Origin: Squalus acanthias
Lineage: Eukaryota
DNA: 64,000 nt
Assembly: GCA_030390025.1 (NCBI GenBank)
Contig: CM059432.1
Coordinates: forward strand, 25,918,001-25,982,000
Direction of reading: 5' to 3'
Positions 37,437 through 51,345 of this stretch are shown piece by piece. Numbering within the stretch: the first letter of the stretch is position 1; the number at the start of each line of letters is the position of its first letter. The notes under the pieces were generated by a model. That model had not been told where the DNA came from and searched no databases. It saw only the letters and a program-made list of their open reading frames with translations. Both the position numbers and the translations under genes were made by a program.

Positions 37437-37614
37437 ATAATTTTCAAAAGCATCCTTTCATTTGCTGCATGGATGCTTGGCTTTCTATTTGCCTATCTAT
37501 TAACAGTCACTGCACTTCAATATAATTCATTGTACTTTGCAATGTTTCTCAGTGACGTGATGAGGCACTAAACAAACCTTTTTAATAGCGCTACTTTGCT
37601 TTTCTCAGTGGACA

Positions 37615-40600
37615 GGGGACTTGTGCCAAAATTGGGAGAGTTGTCACACAGACTAGTCAAGCCTGACATAGTCATACTCACAGAATCATACCTTTCAGCC
37701 AATGTCCCAGACTACTCCATCACCATCCCTGGGTATGTCAACAACAACTTGTATTTATATAGCACCTTTAACATAGTAAAACATCCCAAGGCAATGCACA
37801 GGTGTATTATAAGGCAAAAAATTTGACACCGAGCCACATAAGGAGAAATTAGGGCAGATGACCAAAAGCTTGGTAAAGAGGTAAGTTTTAAGGAGCGTCA
37901 AAAGAGGAAAGAGAGGTAGCGAGGCAGAAAGGTTTAGGCAGGGAATTCCAAAGCTTAGGGCCCAGGCAACAGAAGGCACGGCCACCAGTGGTGGAGCAAT
38001 TATAATCAGAGATGCTCAAGAGGGCAGAATTAGTGGAGCGTAGATATCTCGGGGGGTTGTGGGGCTGAAGGAGATTACAGAGATAGGGAGGGGCGAGGCC
38101 ATGGAGGCATTTGAAAAAAAGGATGAGAATTTTGTCCCATCGGCAGGACAGATCCACCAAACGTGGCGGCACAGTGGTATACAGTTGGGAAGGAGTGGCC
38201 CTGGGAGTCCTCAACATTGACTCTGGACCCCATGAAGTCTCATGGCTTCAGATCAAGCATGGGCAAGGAAACCTCCTGCTGATTACCACCTACCATCTTC
38301 CCTTAGCTGATGAATCAGTACTCCTCCATTTAGAACAACACTTGGAAGAAGCACTGAGGGCAGCAAGGGCACAGAATGTACTCTGGGTGGGGGACTTCAA
38401 TGTCCATCACCAAGAGTGGCTCGGTAGCACCACTACTGACCAAGATGGCTGAGTCCAGAAGGACATAACGGCCAGACTGGGCCTGCGGCAGGAGGTGAGA
38501 GAAACCAACATGAGGGAAAAATCTACTTGACATCGTCCTCACCAATCTACCTGTCGCAGATGCATCTGTCCATGACAGCATTGATAGCAGTGACCACCGC
38601 ACAGTCATTGTGGAGACGAAGTCCTGTCTTCACACTGAGGATACCCTCCATCGTGTTGTGTGGCACTACCACCATGCTAAATGGGATAGATTCAGAATAG
38701 ATCTAGCAGATCAAAACTGGGCATCCATGAGGCGCTGTGGGCCATCAGCAGCAGCAGAATTACATTCCACCACAATCTGTAACCTCATGGCCCAGCATAT
38801 CCCTCACTCTACCATTACCACCAAGCCAGGGGACCAACCCTGGTTCAATGAGGAGTGCAGAAGAGCATGCCAGGAGCAGCACCAGGTGTACCTAAAAATG
38901 AGGTGGCAACTTGGGAAAGCTGCAACACAGGACTACATGCATGCTAAACAGCGGAAGCAGCATGCTATAGACAGGGCTACAATCAATGGATCAGGTCAAA
39001 GCTCTGCAGTCCTGCCACATCAAGTTGTGAATGGTAGTGGACCATTAAACAACTAATGGGAGGAGGAGGCTCCATGAATTAACCCATCCTCAATGATGGC
39101 AGAGCCCAGCACACGAGTGCAAAAGACAAGGTTGAAGCGTTTGCAACCATCTTCAGCCAGAGGTGCCGAGTGGATGATTCATATCGGCCTCCTCCTGAGG
39201 TCCCCACCATCACAGTTTTCAGCCAATTCGATTCACTCCACGTGATATCAAGAAACCACTGAGTGCACTGAACACAGCAAAGCATATGGGCCCCGACAAC
39301 ATCCCAGCTGTCATACTGAAGTCTTGTGCTCCAGAAATAGCGTGCCTCTAGCCAAGCTGTTCCAGTACAGCTACAGCACTGGCATCTACTCGACATTATG
39401 GAAAATTGCCCTTGTATGTCCTGGCAACAAAAAGCAGGACAAATCCAATCCGGCCAATTGTGTCATCGAAGGTGCTATCAAGCGGCACTTACTCACCAAT
39501 AACCTGCTCACCGATGCTCAGTTTGGGTTCCCCCAGGACCACTCGGCTCCAGACCTCAATACAGCCTTGATCCAAACATGGACAAAAGAATTCCAGAGAT
39601 CAGGTGAGAGTGACTGCCATTGACATCAAGGCAGCATTTGATCGAATGTGGCATCAAGGAGCCCTAGTAAAACTGAAGTCAATGGGAATCAGGGGGAAAA
39701 TCTCCACTGGTTGGAGTCATACCTAGGTCAAAGGAAGATGGTTGTGGTGGTTGAAGGTCAATCATCACAGTCCAGGACATCGCTGCAGGAGTTCCTCAGG
39801 GCAGTGTCCTGGGCCCAACCATCTTCAGCTGCTTCATCAATGACCTTCCCGCCACCATAAGTTCAGAAGTGGGGATGTTCGCTGATGACTGCACAGTGTT
39901 CAGTTCCATTCACAACTTCTCAGATTATGAAGCAGTCCATGCCCGCATGCAGCAAGACCTGGACGATATTCAGGCTTGGGCTGATAAGTGGCAAGTAACA
40001 TTCACACCACACAAGTGCCAGGCAATGACTATCTCCAACAAGCGAGAGGCTAACCACCACCCCTTGACATTCAACGGAATTACCATTGCCAAATTCCCCA
40101 CCATCAACATCCTGGGGGTCACCATTGACCAGAAACTTAACTGAACCAGCCACATAAATACTGTGGCAACAAGAGCAGGTCAGAGGTGGCTATTTTGTGG
40201 CAAATGTCTCACCTCCTGACTCCCCAAAGTCTTTCTACCATCTACAAAGCACAAGTCAGGAGTGTGATGGAATATTCTCCACTTGCCTGGATGAGTGCAG
40301 CTCCAACAACACTCAGGAGATCGACACCATCCAGGACAAAGCAGCCTCCTTGATTGGCACCTCATCCACCACCTTAAACATTCACTCCCTCCACCACCGG
40401 CGTACAAGATGCACTGCAGCAACTCACCAAGGCTTCTTCAGCAGCACCTCCCAAACCCACGATCTCTACCACCTAGAAGTACAAGGGCAGCAGATGCATG
40501 GGAACACCACCACCTCCAAGTTCCCCTCCAAGTTACACACCATCCTGACTTAGAAATATATCGCCGTTCCTTCATCGTCGCTGGGTCAAAATCCTGGAAC

Positions 40601-40750
40601 TCCCTCCCTAACAGCACTGTACCTTCACCACACGGACTGCAGCCATTCAGGAAGGCGGCTCACCACCACCTTCTCAAGGGCAATTAGGGATGGGCAATAA
40701 ATGCTGGCCTTGCCAGCGACGCCCACATCCCAGGAACGAATAAACAAAAA
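37615..40750 (+). mobile_element. CR1-group LINE family A, APE+RT, degenerate
   Basis: PDIVILTESYL and WVGDFNVHH (APE), FADD (RT), and the 3' tail. Confidence 0.93.
37740..38132 (-). mobile_element. L2 LINE 3' fragment nested in family A LINE
   Basis: KILILFFKCLHGLAPPYLCNLL..GGRAFCCLGPKLWNSLP and a (gtt)n tail. Confidence 0.9.
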
Positions 40751-42035
40751 GGAGAGGGAACAGCTGAACCCTACAGCTGCCTGTTAGAGCAGTTCCACAG
40801 AGACACCTGGAACAGCAGTCTGTTGAGGGCCACAGGTGAAGGGGTGGTGCGTCACAAGTGCTCCCTGGGCTGTATTATGAACACCAGTTGTTCAGAATGC
40901 TTCCGATCCCAGTCTACATTTTACGGAACTATTTTTTTTCACGTAAACACTTTTTGAATTGTTAATCAGAAGAGCCTGAAGCTTGCATCCTTCTCCTTTT
41001 TACTAACTGTTGGTGTAATCTTTTTTGAGTGAAACAATGGCTTTAGAATTTTACAATCCTGCAAGTTTCCAGTTAATAAACTTCTGATTTGGATATTATC
41101 AATAAATTCTCATTCACAGCTATAAGGCAAATACATATCGGTTACGTGTTACAACATAGGTTCTATTTGAATTGCATAAAATTCCTATTTATTTAACAAG
41201 GTATCACATTTAGATTTTATATTTGGTGAAAACTGACAGTTTCATCACTCTGATGTTTGTAAAAGTCATTCACTACTAAGTATTCCCAATACCTCTCCCC
41301 TACTGTCAATACATTGACCATTTGACTGTGGTCACCACCCCTAAGTTCTTTCTGACTTCCGGCTCAGAGATCACTGGTGTACGTCAGTATTTACCACCAG
41401 AAAGAGACAGTTAATGTCTTTTATGTTAGCTGCGTAGAGTGACTGTGAATGAATGATAGAAAGAGCTTTCGCAATGGCAGCATAAGAACATACAAAAGCA
41501 TGCAACGAGAAAAGACCAGTTGGCCCATCAAGGTCATTTCTTCAACAGACTGTATTCTATCTACTCTATTAAGGTCTTTATCCCACACATTAAGTCCTGA
41601 TGGAAGGTTTAAGGTAAATTTTCCCTGAAGCTCAAAGGCTATTAAGCAAAACATAGATTTTATGTAGATGTTAACGTTAGTACCAGTTTTCTCACCCAAA
41701 GGCAGGTACCCCCTGATAAGTTATGTGTACACTAATGACAGTCACCGTTCAGTACTTCACCCAAGTGACTATTAGTTCATATGTGAGCCGTCATTAACAG
41801 TGCCTGCAGCTACAATCCTGTCCTCAGCCAATGTCCACCAATGCACACTCCCAGCATGAGTTGTTGGAAAGTGATCAGGACTCGAAACTCACGCCAATTT
41901 TCCCTTCCTAACCCAGGGCACTGAGGCCCCACCACCACACCAGCCGAGACCATCTGACTCAGCACTGTCCAAAAATTGAACCGGAGCCTTTCCTGCTCTG
42001 TAGATCTCTAGAACTCTCTGGAAAAAACTTGCTGG

Positions 42036-42500
42036 TGTCAGCCGTGGCTCAGTGGTAGCACACTCGGTGCTGAGTCAGCTCATGGGTTCAAGTCCCACTC
42101 CAAAAACTTGAGCACAAAATCTAGGCTGACACTCCAGCGCAGTACTGAGGGAGTGCTGCACTGTCAGAAGTGCCGTCTTTCGGATGAGACTTTAAACCAA
42201 GGTCCCCCTACCCTCTCAGGTGGATTGCAAAAGATCCCATGGCACTATTTTGAAAAAGAGCGGGGGTGTTATCCCGGGTGTCCTGGCCAATATTTATCCC
42301 TCAAGCCTCAATCAACATCACTAAAAACAGATTATTTGCTCATCATGACATTGCTGTTTGCCAGGCCTTGCTGATCGCAAATTGGCTGTCACTTATCCAA
42401 CTTTACAACAGTGATTACACTTCAAAAGTACTTCATTGGCTGTAAAGCCCTTTATGACGGCCTGAGGTCATGAAAGATAAATGCAAGTCTTTCTTCCTTT
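42036..42500 (+). mobile_element. Full-length SacSINE1/DeuSINE-like tRNA SINE
   Basis: Box A gtggctcagtggt, box B ggttcaagtccc, central domain and L2-like tail. Confidence 0.88.
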
Positions 42501-42572
42501 CATCAGGGGTGCAGGATATTTACTCATTCCCACAATTCAGCTCTGGCCTGCTCTTACATAGACAATGTCCCC

Positions 42573-45500
42573 CACTTGTGCCAAAATTGGGAGAGCTGTC
42601 CCACAGACTAGTCAAGCAACAGCCTGACATAGTCATACTCACAGAATCATACCTTTCAGCCAATGTCCCGAACTCCTCCATCAACATCCCTGGGTATGTC
42701 CTGTCCAACCGGCAGGACAGACCCACCAGTGGTGGCGGCACAGTGGTATACAGTCGGGAATGAGTGGCCCTGGGAGTCCTCAACATTGACTCTGGACCCC
42801 ATGAAGTCTCATGGCTTCAGGTCAAGCATGGGCAAGGAAACCTCCTGCTTAATGCCACCTACCGCCCTCCCTCAGCTGATGAATCAGTACTCCTCCATGT
42901 TGAACACCACTTGGAAGGCACAGAATGTACTCTGGGTGGGGGACTTCAATGTCCATCACCAAGAGTGGCTTGGTAGCACCACTACTGACCGAGCTGGCCG
43001 AGTCCTGAAGGACATAGCTGCCAGTCTGTGCCTGCGACAGGTGGTGAGAGAACCAACTCGAGGGAAAAAACTACTTCATCTCGTCCTCACCAATCTACCT
43101 GTCGCAGATGCATCTGTCCATGACAGCATTGGCAGCAGTGACCACCGCACAGTAATTGTGGAGACGAAGTCCCGTCTTCACACTGAGAACACCCTCCATC
43201 GTGCTGTGTGGCACTACCACCGTGCTAAATGGGATAGATTCAGAACAGATCTAGCAGCTCAAAACTGGGCATCCATGAAGCGCTGTGGGCCATCAACAGC
43301 AGCAGAATTGTATTCCACCACAATCTGTAAACTCATGGCCCGGCTATCACTCACTCTACCATTACCATCAAGCCAGGGGACCAACCCTGGTTCAACAACG
43401 AGTGTACAAGAGCATGCCAGTAACAGCACCAGGCGTACCTAAAAATGAGGTGCCAACCTGGGGAAGCTGCAACACAGGACTACATGCATGCTAAAAAGCG
43501 GAAGCAGCATGCTATAGACAGGGCTAAGCGATCCCACAATCAACGGATCAGATCAAAGCTCTGCAGTCCTGCCACAACCAGTCGTGAATGGTAGTGGACC
43601 ATTAAACAACTAACGGGAGGAGAAGGCTCCAAGAATATCCCCATCCTCAATGATGGTGGAGCCCAGCACGTGAGTGCAAAAGACAAGGCTGAAGCGTTTG
43701 CAGCCAACTTCAGCCAGAAGTGCCGAGTGGATGATCCATATTGGCCTACTCCCGAGGTCCCCACCATAAAAACATAGAAACATAGAAGATAGGAGCAGGA
43801 GTAGGCCATTCAGCCCCTCGAGCCTGTTCCGCCATTTAATGAGATCATGGCTGATCAATCCAAATTCAGTACCCTGTCCCAGCTTTCTCCCCATATCCCT
43901 TGATCCCTTTAGCCTTAAGAAATATATCTAACTCCTTCTTGAATATATTTAATGAATTGGCCTCAACTGCCTTCTGTGGTAGAGAATTCCACAGGTTCGC
44001 CACTCTCTGGGTGAAGAAATTCCTCCTCATCTCAGTCCTAAATGGCTTACCCCTTATCCTTAGACTGTGACCCCTGGTTCTGGAGTCCCCCGCCATCGGG
44101 AACATCCTTCCTGCATCTAGTCTGTCTAGTCCTGTTAGAATTTTATAAGTTTCAATGAGATCCCCTCTCATTCTTCTAAGTTCTAGCGAATATAAGCTTA
44201 ATCGACCCAATCTCTCTTCATACGTCATTCCTGCCATCCCAGGTATCAGTCTGGTAAATCTTCGCTGCACTCCCTCCATGGCAAGAACATCCTTCCTCAG
44301 ATAAGGCGACCAAAACTGTACACAATACTCAAGGTGTGGTCTCACCAAGGCCCTGTACAACTGCAGCAAGACATCCTTGCTCCTGTACTCGAATCCTCTC
44401 GCTATGAAGGACGACGTACCATTTGCCTTCTTAACCACCTGCTGCACCTGCATGCTTACCTTCAACGACTGGTGCACAAGGACACCCAGGTCTCGTTGCA
44501 CTTCCCCTTTTCCCAATCTATTGCCGTTAGAGAAGCCAGTCTTCAGCCAATTCAATTCACTCCACGTGATTTCAAGAAACGGCTGAGCACACTGGATACA
44601 GCAAGGCTATGGGCCCCGACAACATCCTAGCTATTGTGCTGAAGACTTGTGCTCCAGAACTAGCCGTGCCTCTAGCCAAGCTGTTCCAGTACAGCTACAA
44701 CACTGGCATCTATCCGACAATGTGGAAAACAGCCCAGGTATGTCCTGTCCACAAAAAGCAGGACAAATCCAACCCGGCCAGTTAGCACCCCATCAGTCTA
44801 CTCTCAATCATCAGCAAAGTGATGGAAGGTTTCATCGACAGTGCTATCAAGCGGCACTTACTCACCAATAACCTGCTCACTGATGCCCAGTTTGGGTTCC
44901 GCCAAGACCACTCGGCTCCCGACCTCATTTGAGCCTTGGTCCAAACATGGACAAAGGAGCTGAATTCCAGAGGTGAGGTGAGAGTGACTGCCCTGAACAG
45001 CAAAGCAGCATTTGACGGAGTCTGGCATCAAGGAGCCCTAGTAAAACTGAAGTCAATGGGAATCAGGGGGGAAAACTCTCCACTGGGTGGAGTCATACCT
45101 AGCACAAAGGAAGATGGTTGTGGTGGTTGAAGGTCAATCATCACAGCCCCAGGACATCGCTGCAGGAGTTCCTCAGAGCAGTGTCCTAGGCCCAACCATC
45201 TTCAGCTGCTTCATCAATGACCTTCCCTCCAACATCAGGTCAGAAGTGGAGATGTTCGCTGATGACTGCACAGTGTTCAGCACCATTCATAACTCCTCAG
45301 ATAATGAAGCAGTCCATGCCCGCATGCAACAAGACCTGGACGACGTTCAGGCTTGGGCTGATAAGTGGCAGGTAACATTTGCGCCACAGAAGTGCCAGGC
45401 AATGACTATCTCCAACAAGCGAGAGTCTAACCACCTTCCCTTGACATTCAATGGCATTACCATCGCCAAATCCCCCACTATCAACATCCTCAGTGTCACC

Positions 45501-46147
45501 ATTAACCAGAAACTTAACTGGACCAGCCACATAAATACTGTGGCAACAAGAGCAGGTCAGGGGCTAGGTATTCTGCGGCGAGTGTCTCACCTCCTGACTC
45601 CCCAAAGCCTTTCTACCATCTACAAGGCACAAGTAAGGAGTTTGATGGAATACTCTCCACTTGCCTGGATGAGTGCAGCTCCAACAACACTCAAGAAGCT
45701 CGACACCATCCAAGACAAAGCAGCCCGCTTGATTGGCACCCCATCCACCACCTTACACATTCACTCCCTCCACCACCGGCGTACCGTGGTTGCAGTGTGT
45801 ACCATCTACAAATGCACCGCAACAACTCGCCAAGGCTTCTTCAGCAGCACCTCCCAAACCCGCGACCTCTTCCACCTAAAAGGACAAGGGCAGCAGGCGC
45901 ATGGGAACACCACCACCTCCAAGTTCCCCTCCAAGTCACACACCATCCTGACCTAGAAGTATATCATCGATCCTTCATTGTCGCTGGGTCAAAATCCTGG
46001 AATTCCCTATCTAACAGCACTGTGGGAGTACCATCACCACACGGACTGCAGCAGTTCAAGAAGGCGGCTCACCACCATCTTCTCATGGGTAACTAGGGAT
46101 GGGCAATAAATGCTGGCATTGCCAGCGATGCCCTGATCCCATAAACA
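42573..46147 (+). mobile_element. CR1-group LINE family A, APE+RT, interrupted by CR1
   Basis: APE and RT motifs (GDFNVHH, SDHR, FADD) and the 3' tail. Confidence 0.93.
43768..44530 (-). mobile_element. 5'-truncated CR1 nested in family A LINE
   Basis: ORF 43866-44555 with RDLGV, RPHLEYC, RGDLIETYK and TRGH motifs, plus a (catagaaa)n tail. Confidence 0.95.
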
Positions 46148-46184
46148 ATTTTTAAAAATTTTAAATCACTTCTCCTAGCCCAGC

Positions 46185-46305
46185 ACTCCCTCAGTACTGC
46201 ACTGGAGTGTCAGCCTAGATGTTGTGCTCAAGTCTCTGGAGCGGAACTTAAACCCACAATCATCTGATGCAGAGGCTAGTGTGCCACCACTGAGCCACAG
46301 CCAAC
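46185..46305 (-). mobile_element. SacSINE1-like head fragment
   Basis: cagcactccctcagtactgcactggagtgtcagcctag...ccactgagccacagc. Confidence 0.8.
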
Positions 46306-47300
46306 GTTGTGTCCTACGGCTGTCCTCTGCCTATGGCCTAGTGAGAGGAAAAATCAGCCAGAATTCCTATTCGCTATCCAATGACTCCTGCTGCAAGGTG
46401 CACCTGCCTAAGAAGAAGGGAGGTAGAGGAAAGCAAGGCTGTGATCAATTCAATAGTCAAATAGCCTGCCACCACTCACCGTCTGGGCTCACACATGAAG
46501 AATAGTCATCTAGGTGACGAACCATAGGGTTCATGTTGCCTGGGCAACCACACTTTAGCACAAAGCAGTGAAAGATGGGAATAAAATGGAGGAACAAAAA
46601 AAAACCAACAATAAAACATCACCTCTCGTACACTGAGGGACTGAAAAATGCATCAATTTTGCAATTATAACTTGTCAGTATATTACATACAGACGGCTGT
46701 TTCCTTATTAAAAGCATTTCTCTGAATAACAAGACACAATTTTCGAGCTGCCAGCTTTTGTAATTTAGAAAGGTTTAAAGGGGTCCGATCAACCCTCGTC
46801 CCTCTTTATTAAAACAAGTGCAGAAACAAATTAGCTTCTGCAATTTCAATTTCTTCCATGCTAGAATGTGGATCTGTTATGCCTGATTTGTATTATTACA
46901 ATCTCGCCGGGTGCTTGTTTATCCAAGGAAACCAGTAATTGACTTCAAAATGTTACAGTGAATACTGCCTTCTTACAGGACATCTGCTTACTTTTTACAT
47001 GCACTGAGAATAATAAAATCAATCAGTTTCTTTCTTTTCTTTGTATCAGCTCATTTTGCAAAGCATGACAGAGAAGCACAAGAGAATGTAAGGTTCTTTT
47101 TATCACTAATTTCTCCTGTGAGGGGTGATTTCCTCTGGTCACTCCAGAACCAACTTTCCAAATGGGTGCTTGCAGCACGGAGAAGCCCATTCCCCTCCCC
47201 CAGGGAAAATCTATTGGCCCAGATATTGCTGCAGGCATCTCTTCAGACTGGAAAATTGCAAATGTAACTCCATTATTTAAGAGAGGTGAGAGAGAGAAAA

Positions 47301-47513
47301 TAACAACAACTTGTATTTATATAACGCCTCACAGGAGCGTTCTCAAACAAAATTTGACACCGAGCCACATAAGAAGAAATTAGGGCAGGTGACCAAAAGC
47401 TTGGTCAAAGAGTTAGGTTTTCAGGAGCGTCTTAAAGGAGGAAAGAGAGGTAGCGAGGCGGAAAAGTTTAGGGAGGGAATTGCAAAGTTTAGGGAGGGAA
47501 TTGCAGAGTTTAG
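47301..47513 (-). mobile_element. L2 3' fragment (continues 48429-48482), split by Penelope
   Basis: Matches 37740-38000. attgcagagt occurs on both sides of the Penelope insert. Contains a 21-bp internal tandem duplication. Confidence 0.8.
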
Positions 47514-48428
47514 GGTGATCCCACCACCAAACGTATCTTCCCCTCACCTCCCCTTTCAGCATTCCATAGGGACCGCTCCCTCCGCGACACCCTGGTCCAC
47601 TCCTCTGTCACCCCAAGCACCCCTTCCCCCTCGCCCGGCACCTTCCCGTGCAAGCGCAGGAGATGCAACACCTGCCCTTATACCTCCCCCCTTCCCACTC
47701 TCTAGGGCCCCAAACACCCCTTCCAGGTGAAACAGCGATTTACTTGTACTTCTTGCAATTTAGTATACTGTATTCGCTGCTCACGATGCGGTCTCCTCTA
47801 CATTGGGGAGACCAAACGCAGATTGGGTGACCGCTTTGCGGAACACCTCCATTCAGTCCGTAAGGGTGACCCCGAGCTTCCGGTCGCCTGTCATTTTAAC
47901 TCACCGCTCCACGCCCACTCAGACCTCACCGTCCTTGGCCTCTTGCATTGTTCCACGGAAGCTCAGCGTAAGCTCGAGGAACAGAACCTCATCTTCCGAT
48001 TAGGCACTTTCAGCCTTCTGGACTCAATATCAAGTTCAACAATTTCAGATCATAAATCGGCCCTGTTACCATTTTTATCCCGCCTTTCGGTTTGTGCCTT
48101 TTCCCTTTTTTTCTCTCTCTCCCACATGGCAGCTGTCTTTCATTCTGCCAGCGCATTTCACACTTCTGAGCCATCTTTTGTTTCTTAACCTGTCATATTA
48201 CCATCTCGTCTCGCCTTGTGTATCTCTTAATGTCTCTACGTCTCACAGACCTTCCCTTTTGTTCTTTTATTCCCTCCCCCAGCCTCCAAACTTGCTTTTT
48301 CATCTGTTTCATTTCCTGCTTTTTTCTCAGTTCTGACGAAGGGTCTTTGACCTGAAACGTTAACTCTGTTTCTCTCTCCATGAATGTTGCCTGGCCTGCT
48401 GAGTTTTTCCAGCGCTTTCTGTTGTTAT
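47514..48428 (+). mobile_element. Penelope-like retroelement 3' part with GIY-YIG endonuclease
   Basis: FTCTSCNLVYCIRCSRCGLLYIGETKRRLGDRFAEH..PVACHFN motif, and a hammerhead in the 3' region. Confidence 0.92.
48329..48365 (+). ncRNA. Minimal type I hammerhead ribozyme in Penelope pLTR
   Basis: AGUU-CUGACGA-A-GGGUC(UUU)GACCU-GAA-ACGU-U-AACU: catalytic core, stem II, palindromic helix III and helix I. Confidence 0.78.
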
Positions 48429-48488
48429 TGCAGAGTGGGCTTTGGCAGCTGAACGCATGGCCACCAATGGTGGAGCGATTTTTAAAAA

Positions 48489-51345
48489 TTTGTTTATGGG
48501 ATGTGGGCATCGCTGGCAAGGCCAGCATTTATTGCCCATCCCTAATTGCCCTTGAGAAGGTGGTGGTGAGCTGCCTTCTTGAACCGCTGCAGTCCGTGTA
48601 GTGAAGGTACTCCCACAGTGCTGTTAGGTAGGGAGTTCCAGGATTTTGACCCAGCGACAATGAAGGATCGGTGATATACTTCTAAGTCAGGATGGTGTGT
48701 GACTTGGAGGGGAACTTGGAGGTGGTGGTGTTCCCATGCGCCTGCTGCCCTTGTCCTTCTAGGTGGAAGAGGTCGCGGGTGGGAGGTGTTGCCGAAGAAG
48801 CCTTGGTGAGTTGCTGCAGTGCATCTTGTAGATGGTACACACTGCAGCCACGGTACGCTGGTGGTGGAGGGAGTGAATGTTTAAGGTGGTGGATGGGGTG
48901 CCAATCAAGTGGTGTCGAGCTTCTTGAGTGTTGTTGGAGCTGCACTCATCCAGGCAAGTGGAGAGTATTCCATCACACTCCTTACTTGTGCCTTGTAGAT
49001 GGTGGAAAGGCTTTGGGGAGTCAGGAGGTGAGACACTCGCCGCAAAATACCTAGCCTCCGGCCTGCTCTTGTTGCCACAATATTTATGTGGCTGGTCCAG
49101 TTAGTTTCTGGTCAAACGTGACACCCAGGATGTTGATAGTGGGGGATTCGGCGATGGTAATGCTGTTAAATGTCAAGGGAAGGTGGTTAGACTCTCGCTT
49201 GTTAGAGATAGTCATTGCCTGGCACTTCTGTGGCGCGAATGTTACGTGCCACTTATCAGACCAAGCCTGAACGTCGTCGAGGTCTTGTTGCATGCGGGCA
49301 TGGGCTGCTTCATTATCTGAGGAGTTGTGAATGACACTGAACACTGTGCAGTCATCAGTGAACATCTCCATTTCTGAACTTATGATGGAGGGAAGGTCAT
49401 TGATGAAGCAGCTGAAGATGGTTGGGCCTAGGACACTGCCCTGAGGAATTCCTGCAGCGATGTTCTGGGGCTGTGATGATTGACCTTCAATCACCACAAC
49501 CATCTTCCTTTGTGCTAGATATGGCTCCAACCAGTGGAGCATTTTCCCCCCGACTCCCATTAACTTCAGTTTTAGTAGGGCTCCATGATGCCACACTCCG
49601 TCAAATGCTGCTTTGCTGTTCAGGGCAGTCACTCTCACCTCACCTCTGGAATTCAGCTCCTTTGTCCATGTTTACACCAAGGCTGTAATGAGGTCGGGAG
49701 CCGAGTGGTCTTGGCGGAACCCAAACTGGGCATCAGTGAGCAGGTTATTGGTGAGTAAGTGCCGCTTGATAGCACTGTCGATGACACCTTCCATCACTTT
49801 GCTGATGATTGAGAGTAGACTGATGGGGCAGTAATTGGCCGGATTGTATTTGTCCTGCTTTTTGTGGACAGGACATACCTGGGCAGTTTTCCACATTATT
49901 GGATAGATGCCAGTGTTGTAGCTGTACTGGAACTGCTTGGCTATAGGCGCGGCTAGTTCTGGAGCACAAGTCTTCAGCACAATAGCCGGGATGTTGTCGG
50001 GGCCCATACCCTTTTCTGTATCCAGTGCGCTCAGCCGTTTCTTGATATCACGTGGAGTGAATCGAATTGGCTGAAGACTGGCTTCTGTGATGGTGGGGAT
50101 CTCAGGAGGAGGCCAATATGGATCATCCACTCGGCACTTCTGGCTGAAGATGGTTAAAAATGTTTCAGCCTTGTCTTTTGCACTCACGTGCTGGGCTCCA
50201 TCATCATTGAGGATAGGGATATTCATGGAGCCTCCTCCTCTCGTTAGTTGTTTAATGGTCCACCACCATTCACGACTGGATGTGGCAGGACTGCAGAGCT
50301 TTGATCTGATCCATTGATTGTAGGATCGCTTAGCCCTGTCTATAGCATGCTGCTTCCGCTTTTTAGCATGCATGTAGTCCTGTGTTGCAGCTTCCCCGGT
50401 TGGCACCTCATTTTTAGGTAGGCCTAGTGCTGTTCCTGGCATGCTACCTCTACACTCTTTATTGAAACAGGGTTAGTCCCCTGGCTTGATGGTAATGGTA
50501 GAGTGAGGGATATGCCGGGCCATGAGGTTACAGATTGTGGTGGAATACAATTCTGCTGCTGCGGATGGCCCACAGCGCCTCACAGATGCCCAGTTTTGAG
50601 CTGCGAGATCTGTTCTGAATCTATCCCATTTAGCACGGTGGTAGTGCCACACAACACGATGCAGGGTGTCCTCAGTGTGAAGATGGGACTTTGTCTCCAC
50701 AATGACTGTGCGGTGGTCACTGCTACCAATACTGTCATGGGCAGATACATCTGCGACAGGTAGATTGGTGAGGACGAGGTCAAGTAGGTTTTTCCCTCGT
50801 GTTGGTTCTCTCACCACCTGTCGCAGGCCCAGACTGGCAGTTATGTCCTTCAGGACTCGGCCAGCTCAGTCAGTAATGGTGCTACTGAGCCACTCTTGCT
50901 GATGGACATTGATGTCTCCCACCCAGAGTACATTCAGTGCCCTTGCTACTCTCAGTGCTTCTTCCAAGTGGTATTCAACATGGAGGAGTACTGATTCATC
51001 AGCTGAGGGAGGGCGGTAGGTGGTAATCAGCAGGAGGTTTCCTTGCCCATGCTTGACCTGAAGCCATGAGACTTCATGGGGTCCGGAGTCAATGTTGAGG
51101 ACTCCCACGGCAGCTCCTTCCCGACTGTATACCACTGTGCCGCCACCCCTGGTGGGTCTGTCCTGCCGGTGGGACAGGACATATCCAGAGATGGTATGGA
51201 GGAGTTTGGGACATTGGCTGAAAGGTATGATTCTGTGAGTATGATGATGTCAGGCTGTTGCTTGACTATTTTGTGGGACAGCTCTCCTAATTTTGGCACA
51301 AGTCCCCAGGTGTTGGTGAGGAGGACTTTGCAGGGTCGACTGGGC
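48489..51345 (-). mobile_element. CR1-group LINE family A, APE+RT, degenerate
   Basis: PDIIILTESYL, GDINVH, KGMGPDNIP, GIPQGSVLGP and FTDD motifs, and the 3' tail. Confidence 0.93.

Noticed and set aside
42036..42110. tRNA gene
   Set aside because: The A and B boxes belong to a SINE head that continues into the SINE body
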